A stretch of 64,000 bases of DNA from Candidatus Kuenenbacteria bacterium (lineage in GTDB: Bacteria > Patescibacteriota > Patescibacteriia > UBA2196 > GWA2-42-15), in contig JAAZOM010000029.1 in NCBI GenBank assembly GCA_012797775.1, positions 3,722-67,721 on the forward strand. The letters are read 5' to 3'. Below are positions 52,267-63,008 of the stretch, piece by piece (positions within the stretch are counted from its first letter, which is position 1; each line of letters begins with the position of its first letter). The position numbers and the translations under genes were made by a program. Under the pieces are notes generated by a model. The model did no database searches. It saw only the letters and a program-made list of their open reading frames with translations, and had not been told where the DNA came from.

Positions 52267-55200
52267 ATGTTTAATGAATTCCAACAACCAGTATTAGATT
52301 TTGATAGCATTCGTCTCAAAGTGGCCTCACCTGAGGCAATACACAAGTGGTCACATGGGGAGGTTTTAAAGCCGGAGACTATTAATTACCGCACACAGAA
52401 GCCAGAAAAAGATGGTTTATTTTGCGAGCGCATTTTTGGCCCGACTAAAGATTGGGAGTGTTATTGTGGCAAGTATAAAAGAATACGCTATAAGGGAATC
52501 GTGTGTGATAAGTGCGGAGTGGAGGTGACCAGGTCGATAGTTCGAAGAGAGAGGATGGGGCATATTGATCTCGTAGTGCCAGTCTCACATATCTGGTTTT
52601 TGCGCGGCATTCCTTCAAAATTGGGATTGGTTTTGGATATTTCCCCACAGGCATTGGAGAGAGTGATATATTTTGCTGATTATATCATTTTAAAAGTTGA
52701 CGAAGAGTTGAAACAACAAACAGTAGAACAGATACAAGATGAATATAAATCTAGGAAGAAACAGATAGAGGGTGATTTTAATAATAGAATAAAGCAAGCC
52801 GGTGGCAGTGATCCAGCCAAAAAAGAGGCCCTGATTAATCAACTTAACAATGCCAAAAAAGAGGCATTGGATGAGCTAGCTGCGGCTTTGGACAAAGCTA
52901 AAAAAGAATTGTCAGAATTAAAACCATTAAAAATTATTTCCGAGAGTTCTTATCAGGATTTATCATTAAAATATGGACATGTTTTTGATGCAGGTATTGG
53001 AGCAGAAGCAGTTCATCGTATACTTCAGGATTTGAATTTGCAGGCGACAATAGATCAGATAGAGGCAGAAATGAAAAAAACTACTGGTGGGGCAAAAAAG
53101 AAGATGGCCAAAAGATTGAAATTGTTTAATGCCTTGATAAAAAATCAGATAAAGCCTGAATGGATGATTATCACAAGTTTGCCGGTAATCCCGCCGGATC
53201 TGCGGCCGATGGTCCAGCTCGACGGGGGGAGATTTGCGGCTAGTGATTTGAACGATTTGTATCGTCGGGTGATAAATCGCAATAACCGTTTGAAAAAATT
53301 GATAGAGCTGGAAGCCCCAGAGGTTATTTGTCGTAACGAAAAAAGAATGCTTCAGGAGGCAGTGGACGCCCTGATTGATAATTCGGCCAGGCATGGCAAG
53401 ACGGTGACTGCGTCAACCGGACAAAAAAGAATGCTTAAATCTTTGGCGGATATTTTGAAAGGCAAGCAGGGTCGTTTTCGTCAGAATTTGCTCGGTAAAA
53501 GAGTAGACTATTCGGGCAGAAGCGTAATAGTAGTCGGACCATATTTAAAAATAAATGAATGTGGTTTGCCAAAGAGAATGGCTTTGGAATTGTTCAAGCC
53601 GTTTATTATTGCGGAGCTCATAAAGAAGGAGTATGTACATAATGTTAGAAGTGCCAATAGATTTATAGAATCTGACAGAAGTGAAGTTTGGGATATTTTG
53701 GAAAAGATAACCAAAAAGGCGCATGTACTTTTGAATCGTGCGCCAACGCTGCATCGTTTGGGTATTCAAGCTTTTAAACCGATATTAATAGAAGGTAAGG
53801 CGGTACAGCTCCATCCTTTGGTTTGTCCACCTTTCAATGCAGATTTTGACGGAGACCAGATGGCAGTGCATGTGCCTTTGACCGAAGAGGCAAAACAAGA
53901 AGCGGCTGAGATAATTTTATCTAGTAAAAATATTTTGAAACCAGCAACTGGTGATCCTTCAATCACGCCATCGCAGGATTTTGTATTGGGTTGTTATATT
54001 TTGACCAGTATAAAAGAGAAAGAAGGTGAAAAGACAAAAATCTTTTCTAGCGAAACAGAAGCCACACAGGCTTATGAAGCCAACGTGATCGGGCTTCAAG
54101 ATAAGATAAAAGTGCGTTTGAAAAAAGAAGGATTGGTGGAGACAAGCATCGGCCGTCTTATTTTTAATAGAATCGTGCCAGAGAGTATGGGTTTTGTGAA
54201 TAAACAAATGGATAAGGGCGCCCTAAAAAATTTAGTTAGAAATGTACTAGAGAGTGATGGCACAGAGAGTGCAGTGGAATTTTTGGATAGCATAAAAGAT
54301 CTTTCTATAAAATATGTGACTTTGTCAGGGATTTCTTGGGGTATGGATGATTTGCCTGATTTGCCTGAGAAGCACGCCATTTTTGAGGAAGCGGAAAAAG
54401 AAGTAGAGGAAGTAGAAAATCAATATAATCTTGGTTTTCTCACCAACGATGAACGGCACGTGAAGATCGTAGAAATTTGGGCTGGAGTAAAAGATAAGGT
54501 GGCTGATTTGTGTAAAGAAAAGCTGGACAAGGGCGGATCGGTATTTGCGATGATGAATTCTGGTGCCAGAGGATCATGGGGGCAGACGACTCAGATGATG
54601 GGCATGAGAGGACTTATGGCCAATCCGAGTGGCGATACGATTGAGTTACCAGTGAAAGCATCGTTGAAAGAGGGAATGCAAGTGCTTGAATATTTCATTA
54701 CAACTCATGGTGCTAGAAAGGGACTTTCAGATACGGCTTTGCGTACCGCTAATGCAGGATATTTGACTAGAAGATTAATAGATGTGGCTCAGGATGTAAT
54801 TATTTCTGAGGAAGATTGTGGTGATGAAGAGGGTGTCGCGATAACTAAAAAAGAATCACAGGCGATGAACGAGACGGTGGTGAAAAGAATAAAAGGCAGA
54901 GTGCTCTCAGAGGATATCCTAGATGCCAAGGGAAAAGTAGTGGCCAAGGCAGGCGAAGTTGTTGATGAGGATTTGGCCAAAAAAATAGAGGCTTTGGATC
55001 CAGAGGAAATAAAAATTAGATCGGTTTTGTCATGTAAATCAAAGAGAGGAGCTTGTGCCAAATGTTATGGCTGGGATCTTGGCTATAATCATCTGGTTAG
55101 AAATGGTGTAGCTGTTGGTATTATTGCCGCTCAGAGTATTGGTGAGCCGGGTACCCAGTTGACCATGAGAACTTTTCATACTGGTGGTGTGGCCGGAAGC

Positions 55201-56166
55201 GGGGATATCACCCAAGGTTTGCCAAGGGTAGAAGAGATTTTCGAGGCCCGGCCGGTAAAGAAGCCGGCAATTATTGCGCCGGTGTCTGGCACGGTAGAGA
55301 TAGTTAATAATGAGATCACTAGGGAAAAATTGATTAAGATTGCTGGTGTAGAGACAGAAGAAGAGAAGTTTTTTGTGCAAGGTAAAAACCAGGAAAAGGT
55401 AGCAGTTAAAAATAATGCCAAGGTAAAAAAGGGAGATATTTTAGTGGAGGGGCAGAAAAAAATCAGAGCGCCATTTGACGGCAAGGTGGTGATAGAAGAA
55501 GAAAACGAGAGCCGGACAATACTCAAGGTGGTCAAAGAAGAAGAAGTGGTCAAAGAGATGGAGATAGGTCGTGGAGTGACGATACTCGTCAATAATGGAG
55601 ATTGGGTAGAAAAGGGAGATCAGCTGACCAGTGGCTCGATAGATCTTTTTGAGCTTTATAAACTCAAAGGCCAGAGGGCAGTAGAAAATTATGTGATTAA
55701 AGAAATACAATATGTTTATTCTTCACAGGGTCAGCCGCTTAATGATAAACATATTGAAGTTATTGTGAAAAAGATGTTCTCCAAGGTTTTGATTGAAGAC
55801 GCAGGCGATACACTGTTTTCACCCGGAGAAGTTATAGAGAAAGTCGACTTGGATGAGGAAAATGAAAAGATGGATAAGGAGAAAAAACAAAAGGCCATTG
55901 CCAATACAATACTACTTGGTATTACTAAATCATCTTTAGCTACACAGTCATTTTTGTCAGCGGCTTCTTTCCAGGAAACAACAAGAGTCCTTATTGACGC
56001 GGCTATTACCGGAAAGGTTGATCATTTGAGAGGGCTTAAAGAGAATGTGATTATAGGCAAGCTCATACCCTGTGGTAGCGGCTATGATAAAGAGGCATAT
56101 CTGCCGAAAAGAGAAGTGGAAGTAGAGGAAAGCGAGGAGGCGGTAGGGCTGGCAGAGGAAGCTTAG
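52267..56166 (+). CDS. rpoC: RNA polymerase beta' subunit
   Basis: [16 protein letters not shown]. Confidence 0.99.
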   Translation: MFNEFQQPVLDFDSIRLKVASPEAIHKWSHGEVLKPETINYRTQKPEKDGLFCERIFGPTKDWECYCGKYKRIRYKGIVCDKCGVEVTRSIVRRERMGHIDLVVPVSHIWFLRGIPSKLGLVLDISPQALERVIYFADYIILKVDEELKQQTVEQIQDEYKSRKKQIEGDFNNRIKQAGGSDPAKKEALINQLNNAKKEALDELAAALDKAKKELSELKPLKIISESSYQDLSLKYGHVFDAGIGAEAVHRILQDLNLQATIDQIEAEMKKTTGGAKKKMAKRLKLFNALIKNQIKPEWMIITSLPVIPPDLRPMVQLDGGRFAASDLNDLYRRVINRNNRLKKLIELEAPEVICRNEKRMLQEAVDALIDNSARHGKTVTASTGQKRMLKSLADILKGKQGRFRQNLLGKRVDYSGRSVIVVGPYLKINECGLPKRMALELFKPFIIAELIKKEYVHNVRSANRFIESDRSEVWDILEKITKKAHVLLNRAPTLHRLGIQAFKPILIEGKAVQLHPLVCPPFNADFDGDQMAVHVPLTEEAKQEAAEIILSSKNILKPATGDPSITPSQDFVLGCYILTSIKEKEGEKTKIFSSETEATQAYEANVIGLQDKIKVRLKKEGLVETSIGRLIFNRIVPESMGFVNKQMDKGALKNLVRNVLESDGTESAVEFLDSIKDLSIKYVTLSGISWGMDDLPDLPEKHAIFEEAEKEVEEVENQYNLGFLTNDERHVKIVEIWAGVKDKVADLCKEKLDKGGSVFAMMNSGARGSWGQTTQMMGMRGLMANPSGDTIELPVKASLKEGMQVLEYFITTHGARKGLSDTALRTANAGYLTRRLIDVAQDVIISEEDCGDEEGVAITKKESQAMNETVVKRIKGRVLSEDILDAKGKVVAKAGEVVDEDLAKKIEALDPEEIKIRSVLSCKSKRGACAKCYGWDLGYNHLVRNGVAVGIIAAQSIGEPGTQLTMRTFHTGGVAGSGDITQGLPRVEEIFEARPVKKPAIIAPVSGTVEIVNNEITREKLIKIAGVETEEEKFFVQGKNQEKVAVKNNAKVKKGDILVEGQKKIRAPFDGKVVIEEENESRTILKVVKEEEVVKEMEIGRGVTILVNNGDWVEKGDQLTSGSIDLFELYKLKGQRAVENYVIKEIQYVYSSQGQPLNDKHIEVIVKKMFSKVLIEDAGDTLFSPGEVIEKVDLDEENEKMDKEKKQKAIANTILLGITKSSLATQSFLSAASFQETTRVLIDAAITGKVDHLRGLKENVIIGKLIPCGSGYDKEAYLPKREVEVEESEEAVGLAEEA

Positions 56167-56175
56167 GAAATATTT

Positions 56176-56207
56176 AAAACATCCCTAGTGAGAACTGGGG
56201 ATGTTTT
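56176..56207. terminator. rpoC terminator
   Basis: aaaacatccctagt-gaga-actggggatgtttt. Confidence 0.75.
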
Positions 56208-56253
56208 ATTTTTGTAATTTTTTAACAAGGGGCTTTGCTTTAGGTGGGCTAAA

Positions 56254-56706
56254 TTAAGCTTTGTTTTTTAGTAGCTTGATGGCTTCCAAAGAAAGTGCTT
56301 TTGTATTTTTGGGGGCGCCCCCAAGAGTTTTTATTTCCTTGGCAGTAAACCATTTTAGGTTGGTGGTCTCTCCATTTTGCGGATTAATTTTATTAGATTT
56401 AGCTGAAGCATAATAGATAAAGTCTATATGTTGGTGGAATTGATTGATATTTTCCAGCAAGATGTGCATGGGGCGAAATAATTGCTTGGCATCTCCCATT
56501 TTTATTTGTTTATCAGGATTATACATTGTTATTTCTAGGCCAGATTCTTCTTTTATTTCGCGCAAGGCGGCTTCCTGCGGCAATTCATCGCGGTCGATAT
56601 GGCCTCCAACAGGAATCCAAATACCGAGCTTTTTGTGCAAATGTAAAAGCACTTTATTTTTGTGTACTATTATGGTTGTAGCGGTAAAGTGTCTTGTTAT
56701 TTCCAT
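56254..56706 (-). CDS. NUDIX hydrolase
   Basis: GGHID...EAALREIKEESG. Confidence 0.92.
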   Translation of the reverse strand: MEITRHFTATTIIVHKNKVLLHLHKKLGIWIPVGGHIDRDELPQEAALREIKEESGLEITMYNPDKQIKMGDAKQLFRPMHILLENINQFHQHIDFIYYASAKSNKINPQNGETTNLKWFTAKEIKTLGGAPKNTKALSLEAIKLLKNKA

Positions 56707-56734
56707 ATGGAAAATAGCGAAGCGAGTGATGTCC

Positions 56735-56829
56735 GCATAACGTACGCGTGTATGTGATGTCCGCCGTTAGGCGGATATGGGCGAAGGTTCACCGATAGGG
56801 GAACCGTAGCCACATACACGCTGTTATAT
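56735..56829. mobile_element. attC-like recombination site 1
   Basis: GCATAAC-gtac-GCGTGTATGTG...CACATACACGC-t-GTTATAT with two internal hairpins. Confidence 0.7.
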
Positions 56830-56897
56830 GATGTACGCTTTTTCTTTTAACCCAATAGGGTCGTTTTTCTGTTATAGATCAAATTGATTTTTCATTT
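56823..56897. repeat. Left inverted repeat of cassette (partner 59305-59381)
   Basis: Shared blocks TACGCTTTTTCTTTT, CGTTTTTCT, GATCAAATTGATTTTTCATTT. Confidence 0.85.
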
Positions 56898-56963
56898 GGC
56901 GGGGGCGCAAGAGGGAAAATCAAAAAGGGTGAATTGCGCCCCCCGCCAACACAATCGTATTAA

Positions 56964-58427
56964 TTATAGTGCTCCACCTAGTCGTATATACCCGTCGTAA
57001 GGGGCCGGTGCTTTTTCTCCTGTGATACCTTGGTCAAGGTCGAAACCAATTGATCTATCGGCAAGTCCCTCATCTTTTCCTATTGCGGAAAATAATACTG
57101 AATTTGCGCTGGTGTCTGGCACTTTTTCTTCCCGACGAAAAAAAGATAATTCTGCGTCTGAATCGCACTCACGATCTAAATTTATGGATGACGCTCTAAT
57201 ATCCGTTTCGTCAAGTAGGTCAGCAACATTTTGTCTGCCTTCCATGCTGTCGCGCGCAACATGTGCGTTGCCTAAAATCGCTAACATTTTTCCGCCACCT
57301 TCAACAACTTCGCGAATTTTTTGCATCATGAAGATATCTCGTTGTTTTTCCAGTTCCGCCTCTTTTGCCTTTAAAGTCTCCATTGTCACGCCATTGCGTC
57401 CAAGTGATTCCATACCCCGATCAAGTTCCTGGTTTGTGCCATAAGTCGCATTTGCGTCTATACAAGATGGACGCAAGCCAGACTGGCGTATTGCTTCTAA
57501 CAAACGGTAATTTTTGTCCAAATGGTTTTTGAATAAAAAGTTTTTTTTAAACATTTTTTGTTGTTCAAAAGCGAACATTTCATCAGTTACGCCCTCTCGT
57601 TTGATAGCACGGTATTGTCCTCCTTCATCTCGTTGAAAATCAAATAATGGTTGATTTTTAGGGTCAACACCAGCAGTAAGCTGTTCTCGAAATAATTGGT
57701 GATATTCATCTACTCGCTCGTAGTCGGTCGGGTCGTCTGCGTCGTCAAATTTGCCGGTAGTCATATAATGATCAACTGCCTCTTGATAATACGCTGGTAT
57801 TTCTAAACCTATATGCGTTGTGCCAGCGGCCTTGGCTTGTTCAAGAAATCTTGCTGTTGCTCTTTTTTCAACAGTTTCGTGGGTGTGTATTTCGCCAAGT
57901 AAAACAACATCGTTGCCACGTATTTTATCCGATAAGTATTCGCCCGCATTTTTTGCTCGCTCTCTCACTTGACCCATATCTACTTGTGATTCTAATCTGC
58001 TACGTTCTTTTGAACCTATCCCTAGCTGTTTTTCGCCAACGTAAAATCCAGTAAAAAATTTATTCTTCTCTTTTGGTTTATTTCTCCCTCTCTCAAATAA
58101 ACCTCCTGTTAAAAAATTAGCGACGGACAAAAATCGCTCCTTCATTCGACCAAGAGATAAGTCCAGCCGGCGTAATTTATCCGCTGTTTCTTTTTGAATT
58201 TCGGCAAATTGCGCATTTAGTTCGGGCGGAAATTCGGCACTTGTTTGTTCCTTGCTTTGCAAAGCTGAGAGTGTATCATGTCCGGCTTTCAGCCCTGCGT
58301 CTGTTTCTGTATCAATTTCTCTCTGGATTTTAGAAATATCCGGCAGGCGTTCACGCTCCGGAGTTTCTGGCGGTTTTTCCGCGGTCGCTTCCCGCTGGGC
58401 TAATTTTTCAATTTCCGGATTGGTCAT
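56964..58427 (-). CDS. EreA/ChaN/TIKI-superfamily-like protein with low-complexity N-terminus
   Basis: VVLLGEIH, HIGLEIP, AILGNAH; ATG 58427 preferred. Confidence 0.7.
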   Translation of the reverse strand: MTNPEIEKLAQREATAEKPPETPERERLPDISKIQREIDTETDAGLKAGHDTLSALQSKEQTSAEFPPELNAQFAEIQKETADKLRRLDLSLGRMKERFLSVANFLTGGLFERGRNKPKEKNKFFTGFYVGEKQLGIGSKERSRLESQVDMGQVRERAKNAGEYLSDKIRGNDVVLLGEIHTHETVEKRATARFLEQAKAAGTTHIGLEIPAYYQEAVDHYMTTGKFDDADDPTDYERVDEYHQLFREQLTAGVDPKNQPLFDFQRDEGGQYRAIKREGVTDEMFAFEQQKMFKKNFLFKNHLDKNYRLLEAIRQSGLRPSCIDANATYGTNQELDRGMESLGRNGVTMETLKAKEAELEKQRDIFMMQKIREVVEGGGKMLAILGNAHVARDSMEGRQNVADLLDETDIRASSINLDRECDSDAELSFFRREEKVPDTSANSVLFSAIGKDEGLADRSIGFDLDQGITGEKAPAPYDGYIRLGGAL

Positions 58428-58584
58428 ACTGATTGATTTGTTTTTTAACATGCTCAATTTTCAGCGCGTCAATTTTTGCTTGTGCTTCTTTTACGATTTT
58501 ATTTTTTTCATGCGCAATATCTTGCACACTAGCCTGGTAGTGAGAGAGCAATTTCATGAGCAATTTTGTGATGTTTGTATTCAT
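58408..58584 (-). CDS. 58-aa coiled-coil-like protein (not in ORF track)
   Basis: MNTNITKLLMKLL...EHVKKQINQYDQSGN; ATGA overlap with the upstream stop; overlaps the next start. Confidence 0.7.
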   Translation of the reverse strand: MNTNITKLLMKLLSHYQASVQDIAHEKNKIVKEAQAKIDALKIEHVKKQINQYDQSGN

Positions 58585-59183
58585 ACGGCTTTTTGTTTTG
58601 AACGTTCTTGTGAGTAGATAAATACTAGTTTTGAATTGCCTTTTTCAGCTTTGATACCAATATCACCAATTTGATTTACATCATATCCAAAATTTTGAAG
58701 ATGTGGCTGTAATTTTTCCGCCTCACCTTTGGGAATGAGCAAGTGCAAACCCTCGCGCGGAATTGATGGATCATTAATTGTTTCAGTGTCAACAAACAAA
58801 ATGATATTTTGTTTTTGTTCCAATAATTCTACCAGCTTACCGACATCTTTTGCCTCAAGACCGCTGGCCTCAATCGTTCGTTTAGCCAAATCGCCGACTT
58901 CTGTGATATCTTTTCCTTTCATTGCCGATAGTGTATTTTCTTCGGCTTGTTCAATCGCGGCTCTTTCAGTGTCTAGCACCGAACTCCTGTCAAAAGAACG
59001 GATGCCGACCTGTTCGCCGTATGCTGTGTTGGCGACAAGTTTTTCTTGGCCAGGTAATCCCACGTAGTATGTTTCAATCGCGTGCGGTTTTTGAGGTTTG
59101 TCTTTTGTTTCTGGAGCGGGTTGTTTAAGTCTGGATTCTTTTGCGATTTGTTCTTGATTGATTTCTCGTGATCTGTTAGGCAT
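58581..59183 (-). CDS. Hypothetical protein (200 aa)
   Basis: Open frame, first gene of the cassette operon. Confidence 0.75.
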   Translation of the reverse strand: MPNRSREINQEQIAKESRLKQPAPETKDKPQKPHAIETYYVGLPGQEKLVANTAYGEQVGIRSFDRSSVLDTERAAIEQAEENTLSAMKGKDITEVGDLAKRTIEASGLEAKDVGKLVELLEQKQNIILFVDTETINDPSIPREGLHLLIPKGEAEKLQPHLQNFGYDVNQIGDIGIKAEKGNSKLVFIYSQERSKQKAV

Positions 59184-59304
59184 ATGTTTTAAAAATATAT
59201 ATTAAATTGTATTCGCTTGCGAGGGATGGAGCAAGCGAATACACCTTGTTTTTCCCTCATAAAATAATTCGTTTCCGCAGCGATAGCGGAGGAAACACCA
59301 TATT

Positions 59305-59381
59305 AAATGAAAAATCAATTTGATCGTTATAGAAAAACGGGCGACTGCAGGAGCCAAAAGAAAAAGCGTATTTCATACAAC
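59305..59381. repeat. Right inverted repeat of cassette
   Basis: Imperfect reverse complement of 56823-56897. Confidence 0.85.
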
Positions 59382-59476
59382 GTTTCGGCATATCTGATGT
59401 TTGCCGTAGCGTAGCGGAGGCAAATATGGGTGGAGGCTTTTGTATAAAAGCCGTAACCAGATATGCCGTGTTATGT
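59375..59476. mobile_element. attC-like recombination site 2
   Basis: ATACAAC-gttt-CGGCATATCTG...CAGATATGCCG-t-GTTATGT; same topology as site 1. Confidence 0.7.
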
Positions 59477-59668
59477 GATGTGCATGTTTTACTTTAATCC
59501 CGATAGCAATCGGGCTTGCTCTAAAAAAGAATTTTAATTTTGTTTTTTTGTTTTGGATTTTGGGCAGAGGGGTTAGGGGTGAATGCCCAAAATCCAAAAC
59601 TCCTTATTTTGTTTGAGGGAGGGGCAAGAGGGGAAATAAAGGGGTGAATTGCCCCAACCGAAAACGCT

Positions 59669-60715
59669 CTATTTCTTTTTTGTATAATATTTATCAAATT
59701 TTTTCACAATATTCGGGCTATAAAAATCTTTTCTGGAACTTTTTGTATTATCAGGATCAAGATAGCGTGTTCTGCTCAAATTTTTGTCTTTCATTAATTC
59801 TTTACGAAGTTTGTGAAATTTACCGTTCGTCTTAAAATCACCAAATCGTTTATTTAATTCTTTTACTAAACCGCGATAATCAAGCGGATATTTTTTCTTT
59901 AAAATTTCTTCCTCTTCAAGCCTCATGGCTGGCGCATTTGGATCATCTGTTATTTGAACGCCTAAACCGTTTTTACTTTTTCCTGCAACTATTGAAACTG
60001 GTTTGACATCTCCAATAAGTCTTAATACTGGCTTTCCTTTTTCTTGAAAATTACCCTGATTTATAAATTTTAATTTTGGAATCAGTTTTTTATCTATGAC
60101 AAGCGTTCCACCTTTCCCAGTTATTTCTCCGCCGATAGTATCCATAATTGCCGCGTTTGTTGGACCAATTTTTGATATTTTTTCAAAATGCTCCAGCCAG
60201 CCTTTTCTTTCCTCTTCTTTAACAAAATCAAACATCGCTATTATTTCCGGATATTTTATCCTTTCACTTCTTGCATTGTAGCGATAATAAATATCTGCCT
60301 CTTTTAATTCGCCATCATTTTTTAGACACACAATCGGTTTTGTCTTTGCTTGTTGCGTATACAATAATCCAATTTTTTTGGTATTTACGGTTATTTCAAA
60401 TTTTTCAAAAATTATTTCTGGGGCAAAGACACTGTTTAGGTACGCGGTAATTTTAGCTTCGTCCACCTCTTCAAAATTATTGCTTTGAAGTCCAACAAGA
60501 TCACGCGGTTTATCTTTTATCCCGAAAACAATATATCCGCCCTTATTGTTTGCAAAAGCAACCATGCTTTTTGCGTATTTGTCTTTTGAATTCCAGTTGA
60601 AAGATTCTTTAAATTCAAGCCACCCACTTTCACGCGAGATTATTCTATCTGCGATTGTTTCGTGGAACAAAAAAATCTTGTTGTATTCATCGTTATTTTT
60701 AAAATCATTGCTCAT
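59669..60715 (-). CDS. Schlafen/AlbA_2-domain protein
   Basis: ESGWLEFKE, AFANNKGGYIVFGIKD, YYR...RS. Confidence 0.88.
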   Translation of the reverse strand: MSNDFKNNDEYNKIFLFHETIADRIISRESGWLEFKESFNWNSKDKYAKSMVAFANNKGGYIVFGIKDKPRDLVGLQSNNFEEVDEAKITAYLNSVFAPEIIFEKFEITVNTKKIGLLYTQQAKTKPIVCLKNDGELKEADIYYRYNARSERIKYPEIIAMFDFVKEEERKGWLEHFEKISKIGPTNAAIMDTIGGEITGKGGTLVIDKKLIPKLKFINQGNFQEKGKPVLRLIGDVKPVSIVAGKSKNGLGVQITDDPNAPAMRLEEEEILKKKYPLDYRGLVKELNKRFGDFKTNGKFHKLRKELMKDKNLSRTRYLDPDNTKSSRKDFYSPNIVKKFDKYYTKKK

Positions 60716-60717
60716 AT

Positions 60718-63006
60718 TTATTTTAGATCAAAAACTTCCCACCCTTTCATTGATGAATCAAAAGAATACTTTGCGTTGCGGTTAATTTTCCAGCCATTCG
60801 GGCCGTCTTGGACGGCTATACCGCCGTCAAAATCTTTTCTGCCTTTCAGCCACGCTTGCAAGGCCTCCGCTTTATATTTTGTATCGTTACTCTCGGCGGT
60901 AATACCAGCTTTTGTATCAATAATTATAACGCCCTTTTTAGTCTTAATGATCCAGTCAGGATAAAATAGTTTTTCTTTGTTCTCATCGGGGTTATAGTAG
61001 GAAATTGAAAAATGCTCACTTCCATTGTCGCCGTTTTTATGCCACCAAATTACGCTTTTATTTTGAGGCGATTCGAGAAACTTGATAAAGTTTTTCTCAT
61101 TATCGTTTCCGCCGAAAAGCCCTGCTTGAGTTTTTTCAAACCAAAAAGGTTCCATTGCTGATTTTTTGACCGCCAATTCCTCGTATTGATCGGTAAAAAA
61201 TAATGCTTCGCGCGGTATTTCAATATGCTCCACGCGCTTCGCGCGTGCCGCTTTTTTATTTACTTCTTGCTCACGGACAGGGCGATATGCTAAAAGTGCA
61301 TCACCGATTACTGGCGCGAGTGCGCCAGCTTCACCAACTAAATCGTTCACAATAACTTTGTAAACGTCCGCGCGTGAAAGTTTTAACTTCTCCATTAGAT
61401 AAATATTGAGTGCGGTTTTGAGCTTGCCCCATGAACGTTCTGGCGCAAATTTACGGTTTTCGTCGGTTTGTTTGGCGACAATTTTGAAACACAATAGATT
61501 ATATAATCGTTCAAGATCATGGCGAGACATTTCTTCATCATAACTCCCGCCTTCTTCAAAAAGCTCCTTTGTAAAATTGTCATAATCGTCAATTTCCACA
61601 CCGACAATTAAGCCGTTTGTAACCTTGGGCTTTAGGTTTAGCTTTTTTGTATCCAGTTTTTTATCCGCTACTTGCTTGAAAGTATTTTGGAATGAATCAC
61701 CCAAGTCGTTATAGTCCGCACGTGTCATAAAGACGGATTCCAGTTTGATCGGTTCAACATTTTTCTTGCGATAACTGCCGTTGATTGCGGGACGGTTTTC
61801 GGTTTTGGATTTTGCGTATTCCGCCAAAACTTCGTTGCGCTTATAGTTAGTGTAAAGATAACCAAGATTAAGTTCGGGGTTGGCAAAGTGGGTGCCAAAT
61901 GGCATACGTAAAATACGCCCGACGGTCTGTATTGCAAAAGTCGGATTCTTTATCTCGCGGAACATCACCAACACGCTCGCGCGCGGACAATCCCAGCCAG
62001 TCGCGACGGCTTGTTTGAACAAGAGAAACGAAACAGGCGAGTTGTGTTTTTCTAAATCTTCCAAATTTTCTTTTTCCTTGGAGAGCCAAACGGCAATTTC
62101 ATCGTTTTTTACACCTTTGCGTTTTAGATACTCCAATACAATCGTCTGTTTAGTTGTGTCACTCGTTTCTTTGCTTGCTTGATCGTCATTTGGAAGTTGA
62201 ATTAAAACAAGTGGATTAACTTCAACGCCGATCTTTTTGTACAAATCAATCAATTCTTTCCGTTTGGAATACGCTAATTCCAAAAGCATTTCGTCTTGGT
62301 CAAGTTTTTTGACGGCTTTCTGTTTTAAATCTTCTTCTGTCTGAAAAACAATTTTTTCTTTGATTAACCCTGCTTCAACGACATCACTTCGCTTTGCTTC
62401 AACATATCCCGCAGTTTCGGCGCGAGTAGGAATATATTTCGGCGTAGCCGACACGCGAAGCGTGATTTTTGGTTTGATAAGTCCATCCACCACTTCCATA
62501 GCAAGATCGGTGTCGCTTCCGATATGTTCCTCATCAATAATTACAACAATTTTGCGTCCTGCGTCGTGGGTTTCGTTGATAAAATTATCAAAAGTCAACC
62601 CTTGCTCATTTTCACGGCGTAATTTACGACTATCCTTGCTTTTGCCTTTTATTTTCTGCCAGTTTATAAAAAAGACATCATTTTGATGAAGTTTCTCGCG
62701 CGAAAGGTCGTTTAAGTCAATTAAATCAAGCTCACTTGCTCCGCCATAATAATCAAAAAGTTTCTTTTTGCTCTGTTCGTAAGAATCCTCGCTGAAAGAA
62801 AACCACACAAAAGCTACATCATTGCCCTGAAATCGGGGATCGCTGACAATATCGCGCAAAAATTGTGCCAACATTATCGTTTTACCGCTTCCAGTCGGCG
62901 ATTTAAAAACAAGCGGTATATTTTGATTTGGCAATTTCCACAAATTCAAAAACTGATCTTTGAGTTGTGATATTGCTGTTTCTTGAAATGGTTTTAAAGC
63001 AAACAT
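60718..63006 (-). CDS. res: Type III restriction endonuclease subunit
   Basis: SPTGSGKT, DEEH, SAT, GWDCP, QTVGRILR; C-terminal PD-(D/E)xK FYPDW...DTK. Confidence 0.9.
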   Translation of the reverse strand: MFALKPFQETAISQLKDQFLNLWKLPNQNIPLVFKSPTGSGKTIMLAQFLRDIVSDPRFQGNDVAFVWFSFSEDSYEQSKKKLFDYYGGASELDLIDLNDLSREKLHQNDVFFINWQKIKGKSKDSRKLRRENEQGLTFDNFINETHDAGRKIVVIIDEEHIGSDTDLAMEVVDGLIKPKITLRVSATPKYIPTRAETAGYVEAKRSDVVEAGLIKEKIVFQTEEDLKQKAVKKLDQDEMLLELAYSKRKELIDLYKKIGVEVNPLVLIQLPNDDQASKETSDTTKQTIVLEYLKRKGVKNDEIAVWLSKEKENLEDLEKHNSPVSFLLFKQAVATGWDCPRASVLVMFREIKNPTFAIQTVGRILRMPFGTHFANPELNLGYLYTNYKRNEVLAEYAKSKTENRPAINGSYRKKNVEPIKLESVFMTRADYNDLGDSFQNTFKQVADKKLDTKKLNLKPKVTNGLIVGVEIDDYDNFTKELFEEGGSYDEEMSRHDLERLYNLLCFKIVAKQTDENRKFAPERSWGKLKTALNIYLMEKLKLSRADVYKVIVNDLVGEAGALAPVIGDALLAYRPVREQEVNKKAARAKRVEHIEIPREALFFTDQYEELAVKKSAMEPFWFEKTQAGLFGGNDNEKNFIKFLESPQNKSVIWWHKNGDNGSEHFSISYYNPDENKEKLFYPDWIIKTKKGVIIIDTKAGITAESNDTKYKAEALQAWLKGRKDFDGGIAVQDGPNGWKINRNAKYSFDSSMKGWEVFDLK

Positions 63007-63008
63007 AA

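Noticed and set aside
56210-56741. NUDIX gene as a complete cassette
   Set aside because: No left end complementary to CCGCATAAC and no further attC-like site before the rpoC terminator; at most a truncated remnant
56823-59381. Classical IS or composite transposon
   Set aside because: No transposase or target-site duplication seen, and the repeats run into the attC-like cores
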